Shown: positions 1 through 9,378 of the stretch, one piece after another
Layout: each line of letters starts with the position of its first letter
Numbering within the stretch: the first letter of the stretch is position 1
Assembly: GCA_025210155.1 (NCBI GenBank)
Contig: JAOASE010000003.1
Span: 11,519-75,518 of the forward strand
DNA from: Alphaproteobacteria bacterium
GTDB lineage: Bacteria > Pseudomonadota > Alphaproteobacteria > Rs-D84 > CASDRH01
Direction: 5' to 3'
Length of the DNA: 64,000 nt
Made by a program: the position numbers and the translations under genes
Notes under the pieces: model-generated
The model's database searches: none
Told to the model about the DNA's origin: nothing
The model's input: the letters and a program-made list of their open reading frames with translations, nothing else

Positions 1-551
1 TGGACAGTAAATTCCCATTAGAAAACTATCAAACTTATGCAAATGCAAAAACAGATGTAGAAAAAATCTCATACGCAAGAGCTTTCAGAACTGACGTAGA
101 AAAACATATAAAAGACATATCTGAAAAATATATAATTTCAGGAGAAACTGCAGATTCAGCATTAATGTTCATTCCAAGTGAAGCAATATACGCAGAGATC
201 TATGCCAGCTTTCCACAACTAGTTGAAAAATCTTTTAAAGCTCATGTTTGGATTGTTTCACCAACAACTTTAATGGCAACTCTTAATACTGTAAGAGCCG
301 TTCTTAAAGACGCAAAAATGAAAGAGCAAACAGCTATTATACAAAAAGAAGTGGGAATGCTTATGACAGACTTAACTCGTCTGGACGAAAGAGTTCAAAA
401 GCTAGATACTCATTTCACACAAGCCTCAAAAGATATAGATATGATAAAAACATCATCAAACAAAATCACATCTAGAGCAGAGAAAATAGAATCTATAGAA
501 GTAGAGGATGGTATAGATACAGATGAAAGAAAGTCAATTAGTAACTCTTAA
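1..551 (+). CDS. rmuC: DNA recombination protein RmuC, C-terminal part (5' partial; the reading frame is open from the window start)
   Basis: The frame starting at position 3 is open through to the stop at 551. The sequence FIPSEAIYAEI...VWIVSPTTLMATL is typical of the RmuC C-terminal region. Confidence 0.7.
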   Translation, partial: DSKFPLENYQTYANAKTDVEKISYARAFRTDVEKHIKDISEKYIISGETADSALMFIPSEAIYAEIYASFPQLVEKSFKAHVWIVSPTTLMATLNTVRAVLKDAKMKEQTAIIQKEVGMLMTDLTRLDERVQKLDTHFTQASKDIDMIKTSSNKITSRAEKIESIEVEDGIDTDERKSISNS

Positions 552-1278
552 TCATAGCGAGGGCTATGAACTAATAGAAGGAATAACCTTGACTTTTAAC
601 AGGTCTGTAAGGGCGAAAAACATATCTATTCGCCCTAAGCCAGAAAAGAATGAAATCATAATTACTTATCCTGCAATCCCATTCGCTAAACAACAAGCAA
701 AGAAATTCTTAAAAAAGAAAGAGAACTGGCTTTGGCAAATTTTTAAAAAGCATAAAGACAATGGCAAAGATCACAATATAGAAGAAATCACTTTCGGTGG
801 TAAGGTCAAGCTATTTGGTAAAACATACAAAGTTGTTCAAGCCGAAAGAAGAGGGCAATCTCCTATAAATGAAGAAGATATGACTATAGCAATTTCAGGG
901 GACGAACAATTTCTACCTCGTAGATTAAAAACTCTTCAAAAGAATGAGCTTGATAAATATATCAAAAGCAGAATAGAGCATTATTATCATGAGATATCTG
1001 TTCTATACGATGTCAATATGATTCCAAGAATTAAAAAATATGGAAAAGTTACAATTCGTGATACATCATCTCGTTGGGGAAGCTGCGCATCAAATGGGAA
1101 CTTATCCTTTGCATTAAAACTGTCTCACTACGAACCATGGGTAATAGATTACGTGATAGCTCATGAATTATGCCATCTTATAGAAATGAATCACAGCGAT
1201 GCATTCTGGTCATTAGTAGATCAAGTTTACGACAATTCTGTCCGCCTAGCCAAATCAAAATTAAAGGGTGTCTTATAG
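523..1278 (+). CDS. YgjP-like metal-dependent hydrolase (DUF45/M48 family, HEXXH)
   Basis: C-terminal SRWGSC...HELCHLIEMNHS motif (HExxH zinc site), characteristic of the YgjP/DUF45 family. The true start may be a downstream Met because the 5' end overlaps rmuC. Confidence 0.65.
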   Translation: MKESQLVTLNHSEGYELIEGITLTFNRSVRAKNISIRPKPEKNEIIITYPAIPFAKQQAKKFLKKKENWLWQIFKKHKDNGKDHNIEEITFGGKVKLFGKTYKVVQAERRGQSPINEEDMTIAISGDEQFLPRRLKTLQKNELDKYIKSRIEHYYHEISVLYDVNMIPRIKKYGKVTIRDTSSRWGSCASNGNLSFALKLSHYEPWVIDYVIAHELCHLIEMNHSDAFWSLVDQVYDNSVRLAKSKLKGVL

Positions 1279-1379
1279 AAACAATAAAAATTACAAAGAT
1301 TTACAAAAAAATATAATTTTTTTTCATATAGTAGTTGACTTTTATTGAAGAATACATATTATATAAACATCAAATCAAA

Positions 1380-1456
1380 GGGGTTGTAGCTCAGTTGGTT
1401 AGAGCAGGTCGCTCATAACGATCTGGTCGCTGGTTCGAGTCCAGCCAACCCCACCA
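1380..1456 (+). tRNA. tRNA with CAT anticodon (Met-type, likely tRNA-Ile2/lysidine)
   Basis: Cloverleaf read by eye: 7-bp acceptor GGGGTTG/CAACCCC, D-arm GCTCAGTTGGTTAGAGC, anticodon loop CTCATAA (CAT), T-arm GGTTCGAGTCC, 3' CCA encoded. The anticodon stem is not the GGG/CCC of an initiator. The body closely resembles E. coli ileX (AGAGCAGG.GACTCATAA...TGGTCGCTGGTTC.AGTCCAGC). A TTGACT-N17-ATTATA promoter lies upstream at about 1333-1361. Confidence 0.85.
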
Positions 1457-1464
1457 TTTGATAT

Positions 1465-1492
1465 TCAGTTCCGCTAGGGACTTTTTTTATGC
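1465..1492 (+). terminator. Intrinsic terminator after the tRNA (agttcc-gcta-gggact + T7)
   Basis: 6-bp stem with one G·U pair, a tetraloop and a run of 7 T. Confidence 0.55.
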
Positions 1493-1620
1493 TCAAATTT
1501 TCATAATGAATAGCTTCCTATTGACATTTTATAGGTAACAAGATAACTTATATTTGGATTAAGTATCATTTAAACCTGTGCTAAGACACATTAAATACCT
1601 CAAAAAAAAATAAAATAACT

Positions 1621-1863
1621 ATGTTTTATTTTTATTATAAAAACAAAGATGGAAATCGTAAGCTAATCGACACTTTTTTAGGAATTGAAATTAGAAATAA
1701 TGAATACATTCTAACAAAAGACAATGTAAATCAAGTAGGAAGATTTATCTACCATGTAGTGAATACAACTTCAATATATGATTTTACAATTATGTATAAC
1801 GATTGCATAGAAATGATTTCAGAACCAGGTGATGTTATAATAACTAGATATAGATACTACTAA
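1621..1863 (+). CDS. Hypothetical small protein (80 aa)
   Basis: The ORF sits between a promoter-like TTGACA and a downstream hairpin/T-run. No recognisable motif. Confidence 0.3.
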   Translation: MFYFYYKNKDGNRKLIDTFLGIEIRNNEYILTKDNVNQVGRFIYHVVNTTSIYDFTIMYNDCIEMISEPGDVIITRYRYY

Positions 1864-1975
1864 CAAACACCAGACGTCCTTTCGAAAGAGAGGGCGTTTT
1901 TATTTTATTGACATTTTAAGTTGAATAAGCTTTTATATAAACAAACAAAAAACATTTAAATCTAATATAATTTAT

Positions 1976-2833
1976 ATGAAAAACAGCGAAGTATTAGAGA
2001 GTTTAAAAAACTCTAAATCAGATCATTTCAAGGCAGGTTTCTTTAAAATTCTAGGTATACTAGGAACCGGAAAGGAAATTTATGAAAATTATCTAAACGA
2101 TAAGGTTAATCTTTCCCCATCAAAGATAACATTTAAGGATATGATAAAAGAATCTTTTAAAGAATCTTTCTTTCCAGTTTTATCCAAGGATATTCCGCAA
2201 AGAAAAGAGTTCCTAGAAGACTTAGTAACCTTATGGAAGTTGTTGCGAAAACCTAAGTTAGTAAGCCGAGGGCCATTACCTGAAGACATAATTGTTCCAA
2301 GAAACCTATATTTTTTGGAAAGTTATTATGAGAATGACGGAAGAATCGAACCTGAGGATATTAAGCAGTTAATGCAGTATCCTGAATTTTCAAATCTGCT
2401 TCAAAACAAAATTGCGTGGCTCAAGGAAAAGAAATACCAAAATTATTTTGGTTTTAACTTTAAGGCAGATTATATAGCTATGATTACCTTCGAGCATAAT
2501 AAGTGGATGTTTCCATACTTTTTTAAAAGATATGAAAATATCGAAAAATTTATGGAAGAAGGTCGTAGTTGTAAATCATGGATAGATGTTTTCGTTAAGA
2601 ATTATGAAAGAATTGGAGAAGCATTCGATGATTTTTTTATAATACCAGAAGATACGCTTATTAATTACAGCTTAAGTTATTGGCCTGACGTTGATATCGA
2701 AAATCCAAAAGGGAACTTTAAAAAGTTTCTGGATAAAGCGAAAACACTGGATGAAAAAGACAGGAACAACGAAACCATTATAGGTAGAAGAGTAGATGAT
2801 TTAAAAATGTGTTATGACATTTTAAGTGATTAA
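1976..2833 (+). CDS. Hypothetical protein (285 aa)
   Basis: Long ORF with a clean intrinsic terminator immediately downstream. No recognisable motif. Confidence 0.5.
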   Translation: MKNSEVLESLKNSKSDHFKAGFFKILGILGTGKEIYENYLNDKVNLSPSKITFKDMIKESFKESFFPVLSKDIPQRKEFLEDLVTLWKLLRKPKLVSRGPLPEDIIVPRNLYFLESYYENDGRIEPEDIKQLMQYPEFSNLLQNKIAWLKEKKYQNYFGFNFKADYIAMITFEHNKWMFPYFFKRYENIEKFMEEGRSCKSWIDVFVKNYERIGEAFDDFFIIPEDTLINYSLSYWPDVDIENPKGNFKKFLDKAKTLDEKDRNNETIIGRRVDDLKMCYDILSD

Positions 2834-2859
2834 AATTTACTTCTCTTTAATTAAAGAAG

Positions 2860-2888
2860 CACCTGCAAATTCGCAGGTGTTTTTTTAT
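2860..2888 (+). terminator. Intrinsic terminator (cacctgc-aaattc-gcaggtg + T8)
   Basis: Perfect 7-bp stem, 6-nt loop, T-run. Confidence 0.8.
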
Positions 2889-2979
2889 TTCTCACAACAT
2901 ATTTCATAAAATATTTGATAAAACTCTGTTTTTATAGTAATATATACACAGACAAGTTAAACTTTAAAACACATCTGTC

Positions 2980-3372
2980 ATGGGGAATATACCATTAGAA
3001 TTATTTAGCCTTGGGCTTAGCAGCATTGGGGTTATAGCTGAAAATCCTCCTCCAATTAATGAAGGAATTAATCTTTCAGGGGTAGAGGAAGCTGATATTA
3101 TAATGGAAGTAGAAGGAGAAAATGGTTATGAAAGACTATTTCAATCTCCTAAAACAACATTTTGTCATGCGGCAAAGGGAAAAGAAATTCGTTTCGGTTC
3201 TAGATTAGACGGTGATAAAGAAGTAAAAATCAGTAGTTATAAAGCTCCTGAAGGAAAAAAACTAAAATTCAGGCTTTATCATGGAGGATGTTTTTTACAT
3301 TTATCATTTACTGAAATAGAAACCTACGCAAGTAGTAGTATGTTAGGAACTTTTAAAATTAACAAGGTTTGA
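2980..3372 (+). CDS. Hypothetical protein, tandem paralog A (130 aa)
   Basis: Shares QSP...FG..L..DK..K.SS.K...KFRLY...G with the next ORF. Followed by a hairpin plus T-run at about 3433-3477. Confidence 0.45.
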   Translation: MGNIPLELFSLGLSSIGVIAENPPPINEGINLSGVEEADIIMEVEGENGYERLFQSPKTTFCHAAKGKEIRFGSRLDGDKEVKISSYKAPEGKKLKFRLYHGGCFLHLSFTEIETYASSSMLGTFKINKV

Positions 3373-3544
3373 AAATTTCTATCATATTCCAAATCACCCT
3401 CACACAAAGACCCAAACGGAAAACATAATAACACTCGTAAGTATTTTAATTACGGGTGTTTTTATTTTATTAAATTCATTGACTTATGAAATATCTATAG
3501 TAATATGCCAGAACATTACAAACAATTTAAACTTAATTTAGAAT

Positions 3545-3925
3545 ATGAACGATTTAACATTTCTTTATGTTTCTTCAAGATTAAACGAGACAGGATGTGT
3601 AGTAGAAGGTGGTAACATAGTAGAGCCACCGGTTGACTTAGAAAATGCAGATTTCGGAGAATTCCTTCTTGAATACCAAAATGAAGACGGTAAATACTTA
3701 AGAGTGCTCCAATCTCCTCAAATCCTAATATGCATAGAAGAAGATAACATAAGATTAATATTTGGAAAGAACTTAAGCAAAGATAAAAAAACTTATAAGT
3801 CTTCTAAAGAAGATGAAAATATAAAATTCAGACTTTATTACAATGGAGTTGTAATAAATATGGAAGTTAAAGAAGCCGCTATATCTAGCGACACAAATTT
3901 AACAGGAACTTTATACGTAAAATAA
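3545..3925 (+). CDS. Hypothetical protein, tandem paralog B (126 aa)
   Basis: Paralogous to 2980..3372 (LRVLQSPQ...KFRLYYNG). Followed by the terminator gcgcccc-ataata-ggggcg plus T. Confidence 0.45.
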   Translation: MNDLTFLYVSSRLNETGCVVEGGNIVEPPVDLENADFGEFLLEYQNEDGKYLRVLQSPQILICIEEDNIRLIFGKNLSKDKKTYKSSKEDENIKFRLYYNGVVINMEVKEAAISSDTNLTGTLYVK

Positions 3926-4008
3926 ACACTACATGCAGTAGTCTTTCTTCAAACAAAAAGAAGCGCCCCATAATAGGGGCGTTTTCGATTTTCATAGATT
4001 TCATAAAA

Positions 4009-4635
4009 CTAAACTTTTTCGAAGTTGCCAGTTTCTTTATCCAAAGTAGATAGCGACGCATCTCCTATGTTAAAGTACCAACCATTTAATTTTAATTCAC
4101 CATTTTCAACTGCATCTTTAACAAAAGGGAATGTCATTAAATTTTCAATAGATTTTTTAATTCCAGCCTTTTCACAAGAGCAATACTTAGTTTCTTTATC
4201 ATTAGTTTTTAAGTTGTCTCTAACATCTTTCATAATGTTAATCCAACTTCTAATGAAGCTAGGTTTGTCAGTCATTTCCAATTGTTTATCTACAAGCGCT
4301 CTAATGCCTCCGCAATTAGAATGCCCCATAATAACAATGTCATGTACTTTAAGAACCGTAACAGCATATTCAATAGCTGAACTAGTTCCATGATAAGATT
4401 TCCAGTCTTCTTCATAAGGAGGAACTATGTTTGCAATATTTCTAATCATAAAAATATCACCAACATCTGCCTTAGTAATAATAGCTGGATCCACACGAGA
4501 ATCACTGCAACCAATAACCAAAGTTTTAGGACTTTGAGAATTCTTTAAATCCTTAAAAGGATCCGAAGCTCCATCTTTCAAACTTTCTTTTTTAAATTCT
4601 TTATAACCTTGTAAAAGCTTTTTAATCATAGCCAT
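4009..4635 (-). CDS. can: Beta-class carbonic anhydrase
   Basis: CSDSRV...HSNCGG zinc-ligand motifs of beta-carbonic anhydrases. Length 208 aa. Confidence 0.85.
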   Translation of the reverse strand: MAMIKKLLQGYKEFKKESLKDGASDPFKDLKNSQSPKTLVIGCSDSRVDPAIITKADVGDIFMIRNIANIVPPYEEDWKSYHGTSSAIEYAVTVLKVHDIVIMGHSNCGGIRALVDKQLEMTDKPSFIRSWINIMKDVRDNLKTNDKETKYCSCEKAGIKKSIENLMTFPFVKDAVENGELKLNGWYFNIGDASLSTLDKETGNFEKV

Positions 4636-4782
4636 TTATTTTTTCTCTCATTTCATTTAAATTAGTTAACTTTCAAAAAAGTATATATAATTGAATTTTC
4701 AAGTCAAGTAGAACCGGAATACTTCCAGCTAAAAAAATATTTCAATTAAAACTGATTTTTAAATAAGAGATTTTACCTAATC

Positions 4783-5466
4783 TTAATTAAAGAAATTTTC
4801 GTCCTCAACTCTTTTTTGATATAACCTTTCACCAACAAGATAACCAACTAACACAGTCATATAAACCTGTCCAGTCATAGCTTCTAAAGTAGATAGAGAT
4901 TGAGCAAAGTGAGTCACAGGAGTTATATCTCCATAACCAAGAGTAGTCAAAGTAACCATACTAAAATAAATAAATTTATTAATAGGGTCAATCAATCCAT
5001 TGTGAACTGCAAAAGAACCAGGAACTAAACTATCTAAGATATTATATAGGAAACCCCAGAAGATACCAATCAACAGATACACATATATAGCATCTAAAAT
5101 AATATTTAAATTTACTTTTTTTCTATTGAATATCTGCGTTAAGTTCAAACATATAACATAAAGGAAGAAGGCAGCTCCAGATGCAAGAGGCAGAGCCCTA
5201 GGCAAATAGTTTTCTCCAAAAATAAGGAAAGATACTGTAGTTATCAGAACAGGTATAGATATTAAGAACGCAGACAAAACAACTTTCTTATTATTTCCTA
5301 GAGATAAAAGAGAGAAAACTAATATAAATATAAAAGAAGAACTCATAAAGATACTAGCACCACCAATTCTTTCAAATATTGGTGCAGTAAAATATATAAA
5401 AAATGCAGATAATAAAAATCCAAAAAAGTATAATCTTTTTAGTTTCTCCGAATGAAAATCAATCAT
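4783..5466 (-). CDS. Potassium channel protein (Ion_trans_2 family, TLGYGD selectivity filter)
   Basis: Multi-TM protein containing TTLGYGDITP, the canonical K+ channel selectivity filter. Confidence 0.75.
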   Translation of the reverse strand: MIDFHSEKLKRLYFFGFLLSAFFIYFTAPIFERIGGASIFMSSSFIFILVFSLLSLGNNKKVVLSAFLISIPVLITTVSFLIFGENYLPRALPLASGAAFFLYVICLNLTQIFNRKKVNLNIILDAIYVYLLIGIFWGFLYNILDSLVPGSFAVHNGLIDPINKFIYFSMVTLTTLGYGDITPVTHFAQSLSTLEAMTGQVYMTVLVGYLVGERLYQKRVEDENFFN

Positions 5467-5910
5467 GTAATTCTTCCTCTAATAAATTAAATCAAATGCA
5501 TTATATCATAAAACTCATTTAATTACTACAAAAATTCAAACATTTATTTAAATTTTTATCAATTTAAACTTTCAATTCACATGTTTTTTACAGTTTAAAA
5601 ATATTCTGCAAAATCAATGATTTACTAATAAAATGAAATATTTCTTTAATTGTCATTATAGATATATAGCGCTAACATATAATTGTAACGTATTTGTATA
5701 CCTTGGAAATGAAAAATAAAATTAGTATTTTTGTCTCTCGGGTTTGTAGCTGGTCTCTTTGGATCATAAGTCTGCAATCGTTGTCACCCATTACATAAGT
5801 AGGATCTTGGGAGACAAATTAGAATATAAATATGTTTCCAATGAATTTTCCCCCGTAAGGAGGAATTTTCATGAGTCTAAAAAAGTGCTACACACAAGTG
5901 AATCTTTCCC

Positions 5911-5939
5911 CATTGACAACCCATTGCTTTTAGAGTAAA
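5911..5939 (+). promoter_or_regulatory. Sigma70-like promoter TTGACA-N17-TAAAAT for the downstream DJ-1/PfpI-family gene
   Basis: TTGACA at 5911-5916, 17-nt spacer, TAAAAT at 5934-5939, about 50 nt upstream of the ATG at 5987. Confidence 0.5.
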
Positions 5940-5986
5940 ATACATATAGATATTATAATTCTAATCTAAAATAAGAGGGAAATAAA

Positions 5987-6916
5987 ATGCCAAAGAAACC
6001 AACTAAAAATACTAAAGGCGCAATCAATACAAAACCTTCTCCAAAGAAGGCTGCACCTAAGAAAACATCAGTAGACTTAGAAGTTCAAGAACAAAAAGCA
6101 AGACATAAAGAGCTGTCTGAATTCCAAGGTTCAAAAGCATTAATCGCAGTTATATTAGTTGCAATCATCGCAATCGGATCTCTATTAATGAACTTATATA
6201 ACAATAGACCAATTGACTTAAGCTCAAAGAAAGTTCTATTCGTAATGACGTCTCATTCAGATATAAAATCAGATAATCCAAGAGAGACAACTGGCTACTG
6301 GTTATCAGAAGCATCTGAAGCATACGAAGCATTCAGAAACGCTGGATACGAACCAGTATACGTAAGTCCTAAAGGCGGATTACCTCCAATCGACGTAAAA
6401 AGTTTAGATTTTATAACTTATCCAAACAAAAAGTTCTTAAGAAATGAAAACGATAAACTAGTTGCAACATTCAAACCAGAAGACATCGATTATGCAAAAT
6501 ATAGAGCAATCTATTTCGTAGGTGGTCACGGAGCAATGTTCGATTTACCAAACAACGAAGCTCTACAAGAAATCACAGCTAAAATATATGACAACGGTGG
6601 TGTAGTTGCTGCAGTTTGCCACGGTGTGGCAGGTATCGTTAACGTAGAACTTAAAAACGGTAAAAAATTAGTATATGCTAAAGAAGTAACAGGCTTCACT
6701 AACGCAGAAGAAGAAAAAACAGGCTTAAAAGAAGTAATTCCTTTCATGCTTCAAAATGAATTAGAAGCTCAAGGCGTTATCTTCAGAGCAGGTAAAGACT
6801 TCCAAGAAAACGTTATAGTAAGTGGAAACTTGATAACAGGTCAAAACCCTCAATCTACTCATAAAGTAGTTCAAAAAGTTATCGATATTCTAGAAACTCA
6901 AAACTATAACAAATAG
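5987..6916 (+). CDS. DJ-1/PfpI-family (class I glutamine amidotransferase-like) protein with a basic N-terminus and one TM anchor
   Basis: AAVCHG nucleophile-elbow motif (Cys-His) of the DJ-1/PfpI/Hsp31 family. N-terminal Lys/Pro-rich segment followed by a hydrophobic helix. Terminator hairpin at about 6941-6975. Confidence 0.7.
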   Translation: MPKKPTKNTKGAINTKPSPKKAAPKKTSVDLEVQEQKARHKELSEFQGSKALIAVILVAIIAIGSLLMNLYNNRPIDLSSKKVLFVMTSHSDIKSDNPRETTGYWLSEASEAYEAFRNAGYEPVYVSPKGGLPPIDVKSLDFITYPNKKFLRNENDKLVATFKPEDIDYAKYRAIYFVGGHGAMFDLPNNEALQEITAKIYDNGGVVAAVCHGVAGIVNVELKNGKKLVYAKEVTGFTNAEEEKTGLKEVIPFMLQNELEAQGVIFRAGKDFQENVIVSGNLITGQNPQSTHKVVQKVIDILETQNYNK

Positions 6917-7107
6917 TTAAAGAATTATAAATCTGATAAAACTCTGCCATCCAGCAGGGTTTTATTTTTTGGTATAAAAACCGAATCTATAAAAAACCTT
7001 TAAAAACAAGGGGTTGAATAAATTCCTAAGTTAAAAAGTATCAAATAAAAGTTTCTTGCAATTTCAAATATTTACAACTATATTCGAGTTTTGTTCGGAT
7101 TTTGTTC

Positions 7108-7136
7108 TTGACTTTTAGAACATTTTATATTATACT
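7108..7136 (+). promoter_or_regulatory. Sigma70-like promoter TTGACT-N17-TATACT at the head of the phage-like module
   Basis: Exact 17-nt spacing. Followed by an ~80-nt leader and an intrinsic terminator. Confidence 0.55.
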
Positions 7137-7213
7137 CGAAAACATATAAAGGGGAGAATTGTATTAATTTTTTCCTTTAAATTAACAAATAAGTAAAACA
7201 ACACTCTCGAACA

Positions 7214-7242
7214 CCTACTTTTTATAAGTAGGTTTTCTTTTT
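7214..7242 (+). terminator. Intrinsic terminator or attenuator in the leader (cctact-ttttata-agtagg + TTTTCTTTTT)
   Basis: Perfect 6-bp stem plus T-run, located between the promoter and the first ORF's SD (GGGGAGAGA) and ATG at 7291. Confidence 0.6.
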
Positions 7243-7290
7243 GTGCTATCGGGAGTTGGTTTCATTTAATAGGGGAGAGAATTTAAAACA

Positions 7291-7599
7291 ATGTCAGCAG
7301 AAGTAGAAATGATGAGAACTGGAATAGACATCTATTGGTGGATATCTGTCATAGAAATCCCAATCTTAGGACTTCTATTCTATCTTATAAGGAATAATGG
7401 GGAAGCAACTATTAAAGGGGATGAAAAGTTAGAGAATAAACTAGACTATCAAATTTCAGAATTACTAAAAGAATTATCAGAATTCAAGCTATATTCAGCA
7501 AAAGAATATGCATCAATATCATACATAAAAGATCTAGAAAAACGATTGACAAATCACTTAATAAGGATAGAAGAAAAAGTAGAAAATACAAAATTATAA
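7291..7599 (+). CDS. Hypothetical protein with an N-terminal TM helix and a coiled-coil (102 aa)
   Basis: SD GGGGAGAGA precedes the ATG. Hydrophobic IYWWISVIEIPILGLLFYLI segment. Confidence 0.4.
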   Translation: MSAEVEMMRTGIDIYWWISVIEIPILGLLFYLIRNNGEATIKGDEKLENKLDYQISELLKELSEFKLYSAKEYASISYIKDLEKRLTNHLIRIEEKVENTKL

Positions 7600-7652
7600 A
7601 CAAGTTTATTTAAAGTAAAGCTAGAATCGAATTGCAGAGAAGGGAGAGAACA

Positions 7653-8177
7653 ATGAGGCAAAGCATAAAAAAGGCACAATTACCAAATAATTTTAAAATA
7701 AGATTTATCATTTCAAAAACAATATTTGATGAATTAAAGAGCATGCCTCACAAAACCAAACAAAACTTCGAACTAATAGAAACTATGGCTCAAAGCATAA
7801 TAAATCTTCTAACGAATAATTCAAAAGAAGTTATCAAAACGACATGCAAAACGCTGTATGAGAATATAAGGTATACGCAAAAATATTTAATGCATCACAC
7901 AGAAGATGACCTAAAAAAATTTAACTATGGACTTACAAAAGATGTGTATGATGAAGCTTTCCGACAATATAAAGAAAACAAATTTTATAAATCATATCAA
8001 AGAACTGTTACTAAATTATTAAAAGGGTATCACGAACACAAAACAGAAGATAAATATAGAGAAAAACTTTTTCACTATCATAAAGAACAACACTTTCCAG
8101 ATTGGGCAAAAGAACAGTCTGAAATATTGAAGCTCTCGGGCTTCATTTTTTATAACCAAATAAGATGGAGTAAATAA
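7653..8177 (+). CDS. Hypothetical protein
   Basis: ORF 7632..8177. The ATG at 7653 follows GAAGGGAGAGAA, the likely start. Confidence 0.4.
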   Translation: MRQSIKKAQLPNNFKIRFIISKTIFDELKSMPHKTKQNFELIETMAQSIINLLTNNSKEVIKTTCKTLYENIRYTQKYLMHHTEDDLKKFNYGLTKDVYDEAFRQYKENKFYKSYQRTVTKLLKGYHEHKTEDKYREKLFHYHKEQHFPDWAKEQSEILKLSGFIFYNQIRWSK

Positions 8178-8179
8178 AA

Positions 8180-8398
8180 ATGAGAATATTAATAAAAGAA
8201 CTACTAAAAGTACTAGTCGTAGATATTGCAAAATTTGTAATAAACATAGCTAGTAAACCAGTTAAAGATATTGCAAGTAGTGTTGCAAAAGCAAGCGCAA
8301 ATGCAGTCGCAGTAAGAGCAGAAAAAACAAAAGCAGATATAAAAGAAATGATTGAATCATCTAAAGAAAAGCTGGAGGAAAAACTAAATGACAAATAA
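8180..8398 (+). CDS. Small Ala/Lys-rich protein (72 aa)
   Basis: Overlaps the next ORF in ATGA...TAA fashion, suggesting translational coupling. Confidence 0.3.
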   Translation: MRILIKELLKVLVVDIAKFVINIASKPVKDIASSVAKASANAVAVRAEKTKADIKEMIESSKEKLEEKLNDK

Positions 8399-9164
8399 CG
8401 AAATCAAAAAAGAAGTTAAGGAAGAAACTAAAAAGGTTGAAGAAGTTACAATTTCTAAAAAACCAGATTTCTTACCAAAAAAATTCTGGGATGAAGAGCA
8501 GGGCACAACAAGGCTGGAAGAAATGTCTAAAAGTTATAAAGAGTTAGAAAAAAAACTTTCTCAATTAAGCCAAGAAGTAAATTCCCTTAAGGAGGAAAAG
8601 ATAGCAGCAGAGGATAAAAATCTTTTAAAAGGAGAAAGCTTACCATCATCTCCAAAACAATACTTAGACGAAATTGATTTCGATATAATAAATGCTTCAG
8701 AAGAAATTAACCAAGTTCTTTTCGATGCGAAATATTCCGTTGAGCAAGTAAGAACTTTCTACGATGTTTTAGTTAAGTTTATAATGCCTGAAATCTTAGA
8801 GCTATATCATGATGTGAAAGCATATAATGATCTAGAAAAATTAAAGGATTATTTTGGCGGAGAAGAAAAATTTGCTTCTATCTCTAGACAGATTAATTCC
8901 TGGGCAATTAAAAACCTTGAAAGCAGAGTTTACAAGAGTTTATCAAAGGATAGCAAAGGAGTTATTGCTATGTATAAAATGATGCAAGAAGAAAAAAACA
9001 ACAATTCCTCATCAATAAATTCTCTACAAGACGGACACAAAAAAACAAGAGAAGAAGAGGAAAAACATCTTAAAGATATGATGAAAAATCCTTCTTACTG
9101 GCGAGACAAAGATCCTGAATATAGAAACAAAGTAGAAGAAGGTTTTAAGAATCTATACACATAA
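8388..9164 (+). CDS. Putative scaffolding protein (T7 gp9-like C-terminus)
   Basis: Acidic coiled-coil protein. Its C-terminal MMKNPSYWRDKDPEYRNKVEEGF resembles the T7 gp9 C-terminus (…MSDPRYRTDANYRRQVEQKV), as recalled. Lies upstream of the capsid gene. Confidence 0.55.
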   Translation: MTNNEIKKEVKEETKKVEEVTISKKPDFLPKKFWDEEQGTTRLEEMSKSYKELEKKLSQLSQEVNSLKEEKIAAEDKNLLKGESLPSSPKQYLDEIDFDIINASEEINQVLFDAKYSVEQVRTFYDVLVKFIMPEILELYHDVKAYNDLEKLKDYFGGEEKFASISRQINSWAIKNLESRVYKSLSKDSKGVIAMYKMMQEEKNNNSSSINSLQDGHKKTREEEEKHLKDMMKNPSYWRDKDPEYRNKVEEGFKNLYT

Positions 9165-9378
9165 ATTAGTATAATAAATAGTATTTAAAGTATTTTGTGC
9201 GAATAGATGTAAAGATGATTTTTATATTTGGTATTGTGTATATTTTAATACTCAATTGCCAAAGATTAAAATCATTTTTTACGATTAGCTCGTGCAAAAG
9301 AGTTTAAATAATAATAATAGCTTGAAAAAAAGAACTAATAAGATATAATACGCTCATCAAAATAAGAAAGGAGCAATT

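Noticed and set aside
1380-1456. The tRNA-CAT gene as a phage or island integration site; also the tRNA-Thr at 46381-46456.
   Set aside because: No integrase gene and no obvious direct repeat of either tRNA 3' end was found nearby. The phage-like block is more than 5 kb away and separated by housekeeping genes.
4025-4393. 122-aa ORF on the + strand, antisense to the carbonic anhydrase gene. Similar cases are 2089..2289, 6526..6747, 36292..36999, 51614..52273, 38754..39322 and 48832..49215.
   Set aside because: They lie entirely within well-supported genes on the opposite strand. They are low-complexity shadow ORFs with no independent signals.
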